The notes below the pieces were generated by a model that saw nothing but the letters and a program-made list of their open reading frames with translations, did not search any database and was not told where the DNA came from. This document shows positions 52,004 to 64,000 of a stretch of DNA of 64,000 nt, piece after piece. The first letter of the stretch is position 1. Each line of letters begins with the position of its first letter. A program made the position numbers and the translations under genes. The stretch spans positions 62,001 through 126,000 of the forward strand of contig NIVC01000974.1 of the NCBI GenBank assembly GCA_002269645.1, in the 5' to 3' direction. This DNA is from Macrostomum lignano (lineage: Eukaryota).

Positions 52004-55000
52004 TTAGTTGGAACTCTTCAGAATCTTCAGATAGGACTCCTGCACCCCGGAGTAAACCTCGGCGTGGCGAGACTTCAGACTGAGGGTGAACGCGCCGCCG
52101 CTGATCTTCAGCTCGGCCAGCACCAGGATGCCGTTGCACAGCTTCATTGACTGGTAGAGCATCTCGATGCCGTCAACGCTGCGTCTGGCTATGGTGAACA
52201 CGTTGCACGACTGCAGCAGGTTGCTGACGGAGTCTGGGGAGTGCGAGTAGCTGCCCAGGCTGGTCTGCGACTCGCTGTCGGCCGGGATGTCCTTCCATGT
52301 GGACAGGAACACCCGCTTGTCCATGCCGCCGTCCTCGGTGAACAGAACGTGGATTGGCACCAAGCAGGAGAAGTAGAACACATCGATGTTGTTCTTCACG
52401 GCTACCTGAGTATGCGAGAAGTTTCGGGTGGAGAGATTGGGAGATTGGCGCGGCAGCTGGTCATGGCGATTCTGCTCATAGGGATTCTGCTCATAGGTAG
52501 TTTGATCATCGGGGATACTGGTCATGGGGATGCTGGTCATGGGAATACTGGTCACGGGGATGCTGGTCATGGAGATTCTGGTCATGGGGATTCTGGTCAT
52601 GGGTAGTTTGGTTTGGTCATTGGGGATACTGGTCATGGGGATTTTGGTCATGGGATTCTGGTCATCGAGATTCTGGTCATCGAGATTCTGGTCATGGGGA
52701 TTCTGGTCATGGGGATTTTGGTCATGGGGATTCTGGTCATGGAGATTCTGGTCATGGGTAGTTTGGTTTGGTCATTGGGGATGCTGGTCAAGGGGATACT
52801 GGTCATGGGATTCTGGTCATGGAGATTCTGGTCATGGAGATTCTGGTCATGGGGATTCTGGTCATAAGTAGTTTAATCGTGGAGATTCTGGTCATGGGGA
52901 TTTTGGTCAGTGGTTGAGTATTCTGATCATAGGAATTCTGATCATGGGTAGTCTGGTCAGAATGAGGTGAAAATTCTAAAAAAAAACAGACGGACTCACC
53001 TGCAGATTAAGCAGCGGCTCCATTTTTTGCACCTGCCCTTTAGTGTGCAGAGGCAGCAGAGTGGTGGCGGTCTGCATCGGGGCCAGCGGATTCAGGCTCA
53101 GCGGCTGCGCCGGGGCCAGGCCGAAGCTGTTCTTATTGAACTGAATAGCGAAGCCGCTCAGTTGCTGCATAGCGTTATTGCGCACCTGCAGCTCCATCTG
53201 AAGTTGGGCGCCGCGTCTCAGGAATCGGCCATCGATTTGCATGCCTTTGCCGCGCTGGGCAGGCAGCCAGGACTCCAGCTGGGGGGTGAAGCCCGCCTGC
53301 GCTGACGGAGTGGCCGACAGGCCGCCGAATATGTCAGCCAGAGCGTCTACGCCTGAGCCGCCGCCGACTGCTGGCTGCTGCTGGGGCGGCTGCTGGGGCG
53401 CCGGACCGCCGAGTCCCAGCTGGTGGGATTGAAATCGGCGGAATATACAGATTGCAGCGTGCTTGAAGCTTTTGCACACGTTAAGGTCATTGGGTTATGC
53501 ATTTTATAGGGGATGATTCGATTACGGGGCCGGGGGATATTTCGACTATGGGGGACAATCCAATCCAATTATGGGGATCATGCAATCCGATAATGGGGAT
53601 AATCCAAACCAATTATGGGATAAACCAATACAATTATGGGGATAATCCAATCCAATTATGGGGATAATCCAATCCAATTATGGGGATAATCCAATCCAAT
53701 TATGGGGATAATCCAATCCAATTATGGGGATAATCCAATCCAATTATGGGGATAATCCAATACAATTATGGGGATAATCTAATCCAATTATGGGGATAAT
53801 CCAATCCAATTATGGGGATAATCCAATCCAATCATGGGGATAATCCAATCCAATTATGGGGATAATCCAATCCAATTATGGGGATAATCCAATCCAATCA
53901 TGGGGATAATCTAATCCAATTATGGGGATAATCCAATCCAATTATGGGGATAATCCAATCCAATCATGGGGATAATCCAATCCAATTATGGGGATAATCC
54001 AATCCAATTATGGGGATAATCCAATCCAATTATGGGGATAATCTAATCTAATTATGGGGATAGTCCAATCCAATCATGGGGATCATGCAATCTAATAATG
54101 GGGATAATCCAATTATAGGATAATCCAATCCAATTATGGGGATAATCCAATCCACTTATAGGGATAATCCAATCCAATAATGGGGATAATCCAATCCAAT
54201 TATAGGGATAATCCAATTATAGGATAATCCAATACAATTATGGGGATAATCCAATACAATTATGGGGATAATCCAATCCAATTATGGGGATAATCCAATA
54301 CAATTATGGGGATAATCCTATTGTGAGCTGCAAGGTATTCCGATCAAAAATGCATAAGCACAATACTGAAACATGATTACAGCAGATTTCGTTGGGAAAT
54401 ATCGCACGCTCAAATAACATACAAGCGAGTCGAGGCCGTCGCCAAGCAGGTCCATCGCGTTCGACTGACTGGGCACGGCCGGAGCCGCCGACTGCTGTGT
54501 AATCCCGCTGCCACCGCCTCCGCCCGACATGTCAATATCCAGCAGGTCACCAATCAACGAATCCTGCGTAGGAATAACGCTGACTGCTGGCTTGGCGTTC
54601 TGAGCGTTGTCGGTCGGAACGACTTCCGCACCGGCATCGGCGGCGCCTGTGGCCTCGGCCAGGGTTGGCGCCCGGCTCGGCAGGCCTTTGCGCTGAGCGG
54701 CCACGCGGCCGTCAACAAAGGCAGACGGTGGCCGGTGATAGACGGAGGCCAGGCTGCCGATGTGGCAGACCAGCTCGCCAAGGAGGCTGGGCTCCAGCAG
54801 GTCGGTCTCCTCGCTAATTAGCGGCTTCTCGGCCAGCACAACCTGCTTAGCGGCGGCCGGGTCAGTGGACAGCAGTCGCCAATAGATGTAGCCGCGATCG
54901 CGCAGGTCTGGATTGTCAGCCTCCTGAGTAGCCAGACTGAGCACCCGCTGCACCAGCTCCTGAGTGTCCGTCGGCCGCTTCAGAAACAGTTTAACCACCG

Positions 55001-57665
55001 CGGTGAGCAGCTGCAGCTGCACGGAGGTCTGCTCGTCGGCGAAGCCATCCAGGAACGACTCGAGCAGCTCGTCGGCGTTGTCGATGCGTTCCGCGTATTC
55101 GCCGATGATCCAGATCATGGAGGCGCGGGCTTCGGGCTCGTCAAGGGTGTCCAGATTCTCGCACAGAGTCCCAATCACTGATTCGTACTTGTTCGGGTAC
55201 TTGCGGAAAATGTCTTTGATGACTACGATGGCCTCCTGGACTACGTAGTTCACCTTGGTCTGGATCAGGTCAAGCAGGGTGCTCACGCAGCGCTCGGCTG
55301 CCGACTCCACTTTGATGGCGCAGCGGCCGATGGCGCGGACCTGTTTATGGTAAAGGTAAAGGGATGAAGCTTGGGATCTCGGATGAGGACTGGGGAGGAG
55401 AGGGCCGGGAGGACAGTGGACAAGGACATACCCGAGCAGCGTGAGTCACATATTCCAAACGCCCGAGCTGCATGAGTCACATACTTCACACACTCGAGCA
55501 GCATGAGTCACATACTCCACACACCTCGAGCAGCCCCAAAACAGCAAAGAAACTAACCGCTTTGCGAACAAAGTCCACGTCAACCTCTGTGGCGTACTCC
55601 TTAAGCTCAGCCAGCACATTAGCAATGTTAGCAGCCGAGGTCAGCCTGATGAGGATGTCCAGCTTCTCCAACTTTACGTAGATCGGATCGTTGTACTTGA
55701 CAAAGAACACCTTGAGCTCGTGCTTTAGAATTTCCGGCCGCTTCTGCACAATGAGGTTGATGTTGCGCAGGGCAACATACTGGATCTCGTGCTCGCTAGA
55801 TAACAGAGTGACGAGCGGGGCCGAAAGCTTTTTCACGGTGCTCTGAACAAAATCGCTGCCAGGCGTCAGCAGCTCCAGCAGTTTCATGATCACTTTGACG
55901 GCGCTGAGCACCACCGCTGCGTTGGCGTGCGCCAAACGGGGACAGACGCGCTCGATCATGCTGACAGGGCGGGGATGGGGCGTTGAGACAGTGGACCAAT
56001 CACTGGTTACCAATACTATCGTTTTTCTCATTTTCTCTAATCAGACTGCTCCCTCCTGACCCATCAGAGACTGCTCCCTTCTGACCGATCAGAGACTGTT
56101 CCCTTCTGATTAATCAGAGACTGTTCCCTCCTGACCAATCAGAGACTGCTCTCTTCTGACCAATCAGAGACTGCTCACTCCTGACCAATCAGAGACTGCT
56201 CCCTCCTGACCAATCAGTGTTTATTTCTGACTAATCAGGCTGTTCATTCCTGACCAATCACAGACTGCTTTTCTTTCTACCATCAGCACATGCAGTTGAC
56301 AACGTCGGGAAAGAGGGTGCTCACGTCTTTGCCTACGGTCATGCTGGCAATCACCTTCTTCACCGCCTCCTTGCGCTTGTCCTTGCGATCGCTGTTCAGC
56401 TCTGCTTTCAGCTCGAATATCTCACCTGACAGGTGGGTGACAGGCGGAGTTCGATTCAGACACGTGGACAGATCCGCCAATGCCCACTGAAGGACTGGGA
56501 TTGCAGTGCCAATGCCCAGTGAAGGACTGGGGGATTGCAGTGCCAATGCCCACTGAAGGACTGGGGGATTGCAGTGCCAATGCCTACTGAAGGACTGGGG
56601 GATTGCAGTGCCAATGCCCACTGAAGGGCTGGGGGATTGCAGTGCCAATGCCCACTGAAGGGCTGGGGGATTGCAGTGCCAATGCCCACTGAAGGACTGG
56701 GATTGCAGTGCCAATGCCCACTGAAGGACTGGGGGATTGCAGTGCCAATGCCCACTGAAGGACTGGGGGATTGCAGTGCCAATGCCTACTGAAGGACTGG
56801 GGGATTGCAGTGCCAATGCCCACTGAAGGACTGGGGGATTGCAGTGCCAATGCCCACTGAAGGACTGGGGGATTGCAGTGCCAATGCCTACTGAAGGACT
56901 GGGGGATTGCAGTGCCAATGCCTACTGAAGGACTGGGGGATTGCAGTGCCAATGCCCACTGAAGGACTGGGGGATTGCAGTGCCAATGCCCACTGAAGGA
57001 CTGGGGGATTGCAGTGCCAATGCCTACTGAAGGACTGGGGGATTGCAGCGCCCACAAGAAAATACTGAGAAAAATGTACCATAATAAACTCTTACCCTTT
57101 CTGGTAGTTGTAAAGTACTTAGAGTCTGTCATCTTGCTCTGGGTGGTAACTTTATGCAGCCAAGGTCTGAAAAAAAAAATAAAGCAACTAATTTTGTTTA
57201 TAAGATTTGCATTTGTATAGCGTATAGGGAAAATACTCAATAGTATATAGGCTAAGGTGCTAGCAAAAGAGAAATCGATTGTGCATATGATAAGTGCAAA
57301 GGAAAATACTTTACCATTTAACCATAATTTAATAAGTTTTGCATGCAAATAGCACCGAAGTAGCAGAATTTTTTCCAGATCCAGTCTATTAAATTAAATA
57401 TGTAATAATTAACATTTTGAAAAAAATTAAAGCATAACACTCATTAATATTTTTCAATGATTAAAATAAACTGTATATTAATAAAAATGAAAACCAAAAC
57501 ATAGACAAAAAGGAAGTTTATAGTAGGTGATTTCCAACAGTAGGATACAACAAGAAAATATAGAACACCAATTAAAATAAAAATTACAACATGAATAAAT
57601 GAATTATGCTGTGGTTACCTGATATTACCAAGAGTATCAGATACTGATGCAGCTACACCTTGCAT
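52004..57665 (-). CDS. AP1B1: AP-1/AP-2 complex beta subunit (beta-adaptin); this copy lacks about 180 codons of the trunk, so it is a possible pseudogene or misassembly
   Basis: Exons: putative 57665-57619, 57166/57132-57096 ([12 protein letters not shown]), 56425-56289 (GEIFELK...DVVNCM, then TGC TGA), 55960-55558 ([10 protein letters not shown]...VDVDFVRKA), 55340-54423, 53419-53000 and 52405-52004 (appendage). The orthologous segment QTDNLELKKLVY...EAQ is absent. Confidence 0.88.
52505..52960. repeat. Tandem array, 15 bp, beta-adaptin last intron
   Basis: GGGGATTCTGGTCAT variants. Confidence 0.95.
53540..54318. repeat. Tandem array, 22 bp, beta-adaptin intron
   Basis: GGGGATAATCCAATCCAATTAT. 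Confidence 0.95.
56035..56270. repeat. Tandem array, 25 bp, containing CCAAT, at the beta-adaptin deletion junction
   Basis: CTGACCAATCAGAGACTGCTCCCTC. Confidence 0.93.
56470..57050. repeat. Tandem array, 34 bp, beta-adaptin intron after the MTDSKYF exon
   Basis: GGGATTGCAGTGCCAATGCCCACTGAAGGACTGG. Confidence 0.95.
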
Positions 57666-58942
57666 CTTTGCTGCAAAAATCAAATAACTAAGCAGTAGAA
57701 ATTATTGACAAAATTGGAATGATTTTTAAGAAGTCAATTTTCAAACTATTGTTTAAAATTTTGTTTTAATGCAGTTAAATTTTTTTATAGTGTTTTTGAA
57801 AAAAAAATCAAGCTCAATGATGAAAAAATTTAACAGAGTTCCATTATAACCAAAAAATTTCCTATATCCATATAGGATATACAGCCATATCTAATGTTTT
57901 CCCATAGCTTATTTACATCTATATCCATATCTTTAGCTAATCAATTTTGTATAACTTTCTTATACTTTTTAATGATAATAAATCCAATGGCAACAGTTTT
58001 TCTATTATTTACAATTGTAATAAAATAAAAAGTAATAACAATAGCTAAATCTATTTATCACTCTTTAATAGGTCAGTCTCATTTATTTATATATTATATA
58101 AAAATAGCTAAGATTGCATTTATCTTAACTTTAGTCTTACTATCCCAAATATAAAACAAGTATAACATTGTAAATCTCTATTGTTTGAGCCCCTAAACCC
58201 AGGGACTTAAAGCTTTCCTAGGCTATTTTCAATTTGTTTTAAAAATAAACATATTTATTTAAACTTTAGCTTTTTTCCTTATTAAAAGAATTCAATGAAT
58301 TAATGAGGCAATTAGCCTTAAAAAGATAGTCATAAAGTTACTCTTGCCATTTACCCAAAATTGCATTAATTTTTGTTTTAGGGTTTCCTTCACAAGTAAG
58401 TTTTGGTCAAAAAGTAAGTTGCATAGCAGGTATAAATCGGGGGTTTCGCATGTTTGTATTATATCTTTGTTTTATTGTTCTATTATTATTAGGCCTATAT
58501 CTTGCTTATATTATATTATATATCAACCTAAACAAAAATATTATTTCATAGCTATCTCAATTATTGCCCATGTTGTCATGGATTCAACCCACTTTGGCAA
58601 AGGAATTTTTGGTAAAAGTCAGTAATGGCAAAAAAGACTTGCAGTGACCATTTTGTCTAAAATTGATCCACTTTGTCAAAGGGTTATTTTTATTATTGGC
58701 AGTAATTATTGCGAGCAATTATGTTATAGGTGGAGTAATTATAACAAATTAAAAAATTGGTGTCTATAAATAAAAAACAATTAAAATGAACAAATTGAGC
58801 AATTAAAATTGATTACTAAAATTAAATGTCATTTGGGCTAAGACATTTAAAATAAAGTTAAAATAAAGTACATTGAGCAAATATATATATATGTGAAAAG
58901 ACAATGTATGCACAGATATGCACTGACAAATTATATCCATAC

Positions 58943-59090
58943 CTTTCCGTATCTGGATAGATTGTTGGTGTGAAATCCTTGTTTTACATTTTCAATACTG
59001 CCATCTACCACATCTGTCACAACTGATGGCATGTTGATGAGCACTTACAATTTTCACACAGAGAAGATATAAATCGCTAGGTGCATTCAT
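58943..59090 (-). pseudogene. Degenerate PHD-finger exon (transposon-type)
   Basis: Translates MNAPSDLYLLCVKIVSAHQHAISCDRCGRWQY*KCKTRISHQQ..., ending at donor AAG|GTATGG; contains an internal stop. Confidence 0.55.
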
Positions 59091-59451
59091 AGTTGCAGAG
59101 CGCAAGTCAAGTTTTTATGAGAACTAAGCAGAAATAGTCTAGTGCTATTGTGTTTTTTTAACTGTGCTCAATCATTTTAGTAATTAAATTTATTAATTCA
59201 TGCGTTGGTTGGTATATATAAGGACCAGCAGTCATGCATGGCTCCAAACCCCCTCCCTCTCTATAAATCCATTGATTGCACCTTGCATCATGTATACATC
59301 TAGCTATATATAGCTAAGTTGTGAGTTTTTAAATGTGCAAACTGCAAATATCTATCTAAGATAGTCAATGAATAATTTGAAAGATATTTATACATGTATA
59401 AGTATCTTTTCGCTGAAGTGGTTAATTTCTTTCACTGAAATTTGCATCTAT

Positions 59452-59809
59452 GAGCCTCTTCATATTGCTGGTTCGAAAAACAGAACCGGTTCCAAACTGG
59501 TTCAATGCTCTTTATATTGATGGTTTGAAAAACAGAATCAGTTCCAGAACATGGTTCTGGTTCTAGAATATGGTTCGAGAAATTTTCTCAAACCGTTGTC
59601 ATGTTTACATTTTAACAGTAAAATATATTTGAAATCATCAATTTTTTATTATTGTTATATAATTCTTCCTTTTTTGTCATATCCAAGAGGAAACAAAGTC
59701 AAAAACGACAAAATTAAATTGTAAAGACTGTCACACATAAAATGGGTTTGAAGCTCCTCTTTCCCACTCACTGGTTCTGGTTCTAGAACCGATTACCGTG
59801 AAGAGGCTC
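59452..59809. mobile_element. PIF/Harbinger-like MITE, inverted homolog of 26103-26346
   Basis: TIR GAGCCTCTTCA / TGAAGAGGCTC with TAT on both sides. Confidence 0.8.
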
Positions 59810-60663
59810 TATGTAGACAAAAAATTCATCTTCGCCAAAATGTCTTTTGCGAAAATTCCTTCGCCAAAATGGGCTGCACCCATTGTCATCTATAGGCCTA
59901 ATCAGCTATGTTGTATTGAAATCCTATTGCTAATTTATATTATCAATATTGACAATAATCAATAGGAATAAATAAAATATAAATGTCTTAAAATTAAAAA
60001 AATAGCTAAATTTGATTTCTAAATAATTCTTTATTGTTATATTAATGCAACTTTCTAAAAACTATCTAAGTAAAAGTAAAGTGCACCTAGTTAGCAATTA
60101 GAATAAATATATATTTATTGGCTAAGTAGGAAAACTATCTGGATGCTGATAGGCCCTAATCTTAAGATCTCACTGCTTCACAAAAGAGAACAATGTTGTG
60201 TTGTGCCTGTATACAGTCAAAAAGCTTAGAAAAATAATCACAATATACTGAATCTTTAAAATAATTTTTCCTACAAACGGAACTGTCAGTCATGTTAAAA
60301 AAATATCGCGTCTGATAACTAATGACGAAGTGATCGTTAAAATTGGCGCAAGGCAAAAACAGTTTCCTCGTGTATGTCTGAGTGAATGCAACAAAAGCAA
60401 ATGCCTTACTTTATAGTCATCAATATATTGATAGTTTTTAAATAGGAACATTTGTTGTTTATGTATGGCTCATATATATACATATACTGTACTGTACTGT
60501 ACTGTACTATAATATGTACTACTGTACTGTACTCGTACGTCGTATATACCTGCAAATCGCTGGCCGTATACTGTGGTACTGTGACGACGGGTCAATTCTG
60601 TTCCCAAAAAAATACATAAAATATTGGGGTGTAATTTTTTGAACTTGAATAACTTGATCACAT

Positions 60664-61709
60664 CACAGATACTATATAACTAGATAGGTCACTCCCTATC
60701 TCGCTGTGGGGACCAAAAATGATACTACCCTTAGGACGGTAGTGTAAATGCAAATTATTTGAAACATTCTTATCAGCGACTAAGATGAAATCGATCGGAA
60801 ATGAAGTTTTCAACCATATGCACAATATTCTACAGTGTACATTCTTGACTCAAGGACTACTTAAGTAGAAGGACGCAAGACTCAGAATTGGTGAAAATTT
60901 CATTGATGGTCGATTTTCAATGTATCTCCTGTGTACGCTATTGATCGTAAGATGCTTATTTTTGCGCAGAATAGGCAGTAACATACGCCCTTTCCTTTAA
61001 GACATCAATAAGTTGAACAATTTGGACTTGAAACACCTCAAAATACTTGTCAACAGTACAGTCCTATTACTAAAAAAATCATCTAAAATTGCTGATTTTA
61101 TTGTCAAAAAAAACAAGAAAAAAACGTCAAAAGAGACGAAACTGCAAACTGGCAAGGTAGCAGAAACAAGAAGAAAGACGACCTAGCAGGCGACGACATC
61201 ATCGGTGGCGTCCAATTCGTCGCCGCGAATTCTTAGTCGAGGGCGTCCAGATCCGTGGTTGACGCTCCAGGTCCGGCTTTTGTGATATGAAAACATTAAG
61301 CGACGAAGATGGCAGGTTTCCTTTCTCCTACTATATATATGACTGGGCACCGCTGTTAATTTTTGTTGTCTATGGCTAAAAGACCCTTTTGCTTGACCAA
61401 GCAGAAGAGAGAGCCATATCTATATATATATATTTTTAGGAAAAAGTGCTAGGCATCGCCGCGGCGCAGTGCTATTAATATGTTTTGTCTATGACACAAA
61501 CTCGACAACTTGAATACTGCTTTACCATGCACACATGCAGAAAATGAATCTCTTCTAAACATGCTTTACCATGCAGGGCCGCTTTACCAGAGCACACGTT
61601 TGCAAAATTGATTTTTTATTTTGGCTATTTTTCGCTACTGATGGCTGGTCCTAAGAGTAGTGTGAGAGTAAATTAACCGAGTGACCTATCTAGTTATATA
61701 GTATCTGTG
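60664..61709. mobile_element. Young non-autonomous DNA transposon (P-like or hAT-like)
   Basis: Perfect 31-bp TIR CACAGATACTATATAACTAGATAGGTCACTC and perfect 8-bp TSD GATCACAT. Confidence 0.88.
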
Positions 61710-61789
61710 GATCACATACCATGGGTAAAAATTCACATTTTTGCTTAAAGTTTAATATTTAATTTGTATTAGAAAAATTTATTGTACAC

Positions 61790-63620
61790 GTACAGTAGTA
61801 GACGTCAATGCTTATTATCATTTAATAAGACAAGGCAGTGGCCGATCAGCGTCTCGTCGCCTCTGCAGAATGCGACCGAGGGCCAGCACGCGGGTCCGGG
61901 CCGCCAGTTGGTATTGCTCGGGGCCGCTCGGGAAACTGGATGCAAAAGGTGGCGATGGCAGCTAGGCCTCCAATTTCGACTCATAAGTGGCCGTCATGCG
62001 AAAGCCTCGAGCCCAGCACCCGTCTCAACTGCAGAATAGGGCGATCTTCAGAGTGTCGGTGGCGAGTCGGCAATTGAAGATGGAGCGAAGGTGGGAGGAC
62101 CCGCCACGCCAGCTGCTTGCGGTTTGTTGACAATGACATCCGGGTCAGTGACCATGCAGGACGCCCACAGATACTTGAACGTGTTGCCGTCAGGTAGAAG
62201 CAGCGGAAGAGAGATCGGAGGCAATGGCAACATGCAGCACATCTGTCGATCTTGCCGCAGTTGATGTGGAGCCCTACGCGCTTTCCCTCGTCAACCAGCC
62301 GACTCACCGCCCTCTGCGCAGCTAAATTTGGGGTTCCAGCAGATCGCACCAGGGGGTCATCGGCATAGGCGAGGCAGGTAAGCTTCACGCAGGGATCGTG
62401 GAAGCTACGGCGAGGCACCACTTCATATAGCGGTCTTCGTCGCACAGAGCCTGCAGCGGCATGACGTAGTCGATCAGGATGGCAAATAGAAATGGGAATA
62501 AGGTGTCACCTTGCAGAACCCCGGAGATGGAAGCAAATTCAGTTGTATGTAGGGCCGTGGTCAGTCTGGAAAAAAGCCTTGGACGAGCTGTAGAGGTCCA
62601 TGATCGTCTGTACCAGCAGCTGAGGAACTCCATGCTGCTGAAGAAGCCAGGTAATGCCATGACGGAGTCAAAAGCCTAGCAGAGATCTACAAAGAAAATT
62701 GGCACTGCCTTTTGGCGAGTCTCGCAGGTGTCCATGATGCATCGGATCGCAGCGACTTGTTCTGCTGTTGACCGTCCAGGTCGGAAGCAACTCTGGATGT
62801 TGAGAAGCCGCTGGTTGAAGATGAGCTGAATGCGGCTTCGAAAAAAATAGTTTTGAGGACTTTGGCCAGAGTTCATTCCAGGGAAATGCCACGCAAGTTG
62901 TCGAGGCCTATGTCGCTCTTTGCTCTGGGGCACTAGCGTTTGAGTCCCCACACAGGCAGCTGGAGCGGTTGAGAATTCCGGTGATGACAGGCAGCAGCTC
63001 GGGCATCTTCAGGACACGCGGTGGGATTTAGTCGATTCCCGAGACCGCATGGTCCTTAAGGCCTTGGAAACTTCATCCATATAGAGATCGGGGCGCAGTT
63101 GAAGTCGGATGGGCAGGCGAGCGGGCAAAGAGCAACGCTGGGAGCTGGGGCATTGTGCACAACATGGAAGTGGCCCGCAATCAGCTGTAGGCGGTGCACG
63201 ATGGAATCAGCGCTGATTGATAGCATTCGGTGTGGCTCGCCGTCCCGTGAGGCGGTTTATGGTGCGCCAGGCCGCAGCATGACGGCAGTTGTCAGTAGCA
63301 GCTTGGATCTCCATCACAGCTTCTTAGGTGGACAGCTCAGCAGCTTGGATGTGAGCGGCTTGCAGCGCCTGTGCCTCAGCCGCGGTGGAGGCAGCAATGC
63401 TGGCAGTGCCATGCCGGGCAACTGCGGCCTGCATGTCTTGACGGGCTCTGATAACATCCGGGTGAGAGATCTCAAGTGTGCGCCCGATTGCTGCGGTTGC
63501 CTCTTGGAGCACCGGTCTGACGCAGAGCTTCCAGCAACAGCTCCCAGAAGTTGGCTAGGAGTGATAACTTCGTCAACCAAGAGTTGCATGTTTCGACTGG
63601 TAAGTCAAAAGTATGAAGGC
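61790..63620 (-). mobile_element. Degenerate RTE-clade non-LTR retrotransposon ORF2 remnant
   Basis: Frameshifted RT motifs: QSCFRPGRSTAEQV, FFVDL.*AFDSV, GVLQGDTLFPFLF, LAYADD, GLHINCGK, FKYL. Confidence 0.85.
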
Positions 63621-64000
63621 AGCAAAAAAGATAACCGGATAATTTTAAGAGATCTTTTCGAATTAGTTCAGTCTTAAAGTATTGTGTGTTTTCATTGCAT
63701 GGAAGCAGATGGCAAGGATTTCCACGTTCGAAAATTGTCAGTTTAACAACTGAACGTTTTACATGTACTGGTTTTAACCTACTTCGGCGAAAGAATTTTC
63801 GGCGAAAGTCAATAACGGCGAAAAATACTTTCGCAATGACCATTTCGTCTAAAGCTGACCATTTCGGCGAAAATTTTATTCCAAGCTTCGCTGAAGAGTT
63901 TTTTGTTTTAGAAGAAAGTTAAAAAGAAAAACGACGAACTTTAAAAAAGACTAATTTTATCGTGACATGTTTTTGTTTTGCCGCAGTTTAATTTATTGAT

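Larger units (their letters stand above)
58580..59881. mobile_element. Mutator-like element remnant carrying a decayed PHD-finger exon and a nested Harbinger MITE
   Basis: Imperfect TIRs GGATTCAACCCACTTTGGCAAAGG / CCTTCGCCAAAATGGGCTGCACCC; flanks GTTGTCAT / ATTGTCAT. Confidence 0.55.

Overview
Intron-rich animal genomic DNA. GC-rich exons, minisatellite-filled introns and splice acceptors just before ATG codons suggest a free-living flatworm such as Macrostomum (inference, not verified). I rebuilt six spliced genes by hand with frame-consistent GT/AG junctions: an SLC7 L-type amino acid transporter (-), an ankyrin-repeat protein (+), exosome subunit RRP4 (+), GARP subunit VPS54 (+, about 525 nt after RRP4, a possible operon), an MRG15-family protein (+) and AP-1/AP-2 beta-adaptin (-). 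There is also one intronless orphan ORF, about 25 unrelated tandem arrays, a tRNA-derived SINE, two LINE fragments, a mariner remnant and many TIR elements. The main signal is a repeated two-part gene layout. The 5' 1-3 kb of four genes is almost free of CpG and rich in TpA, and repeat copies there show CG>TG/CA and CA>TA changes relative to their paralogs elsewhere in the window, which resembles fungal RIP. The distal gene bodies are CpG-rich and most of their introns carry a private minisatellite. Other leads: beta-adaptin lacks about 180 codons of trunk but has a hidden in-frame upstream exon, and an internal, tail-less LINE segment is flanked by a perfect 13-bp direct repeat. All counts and alignments were done by eye.
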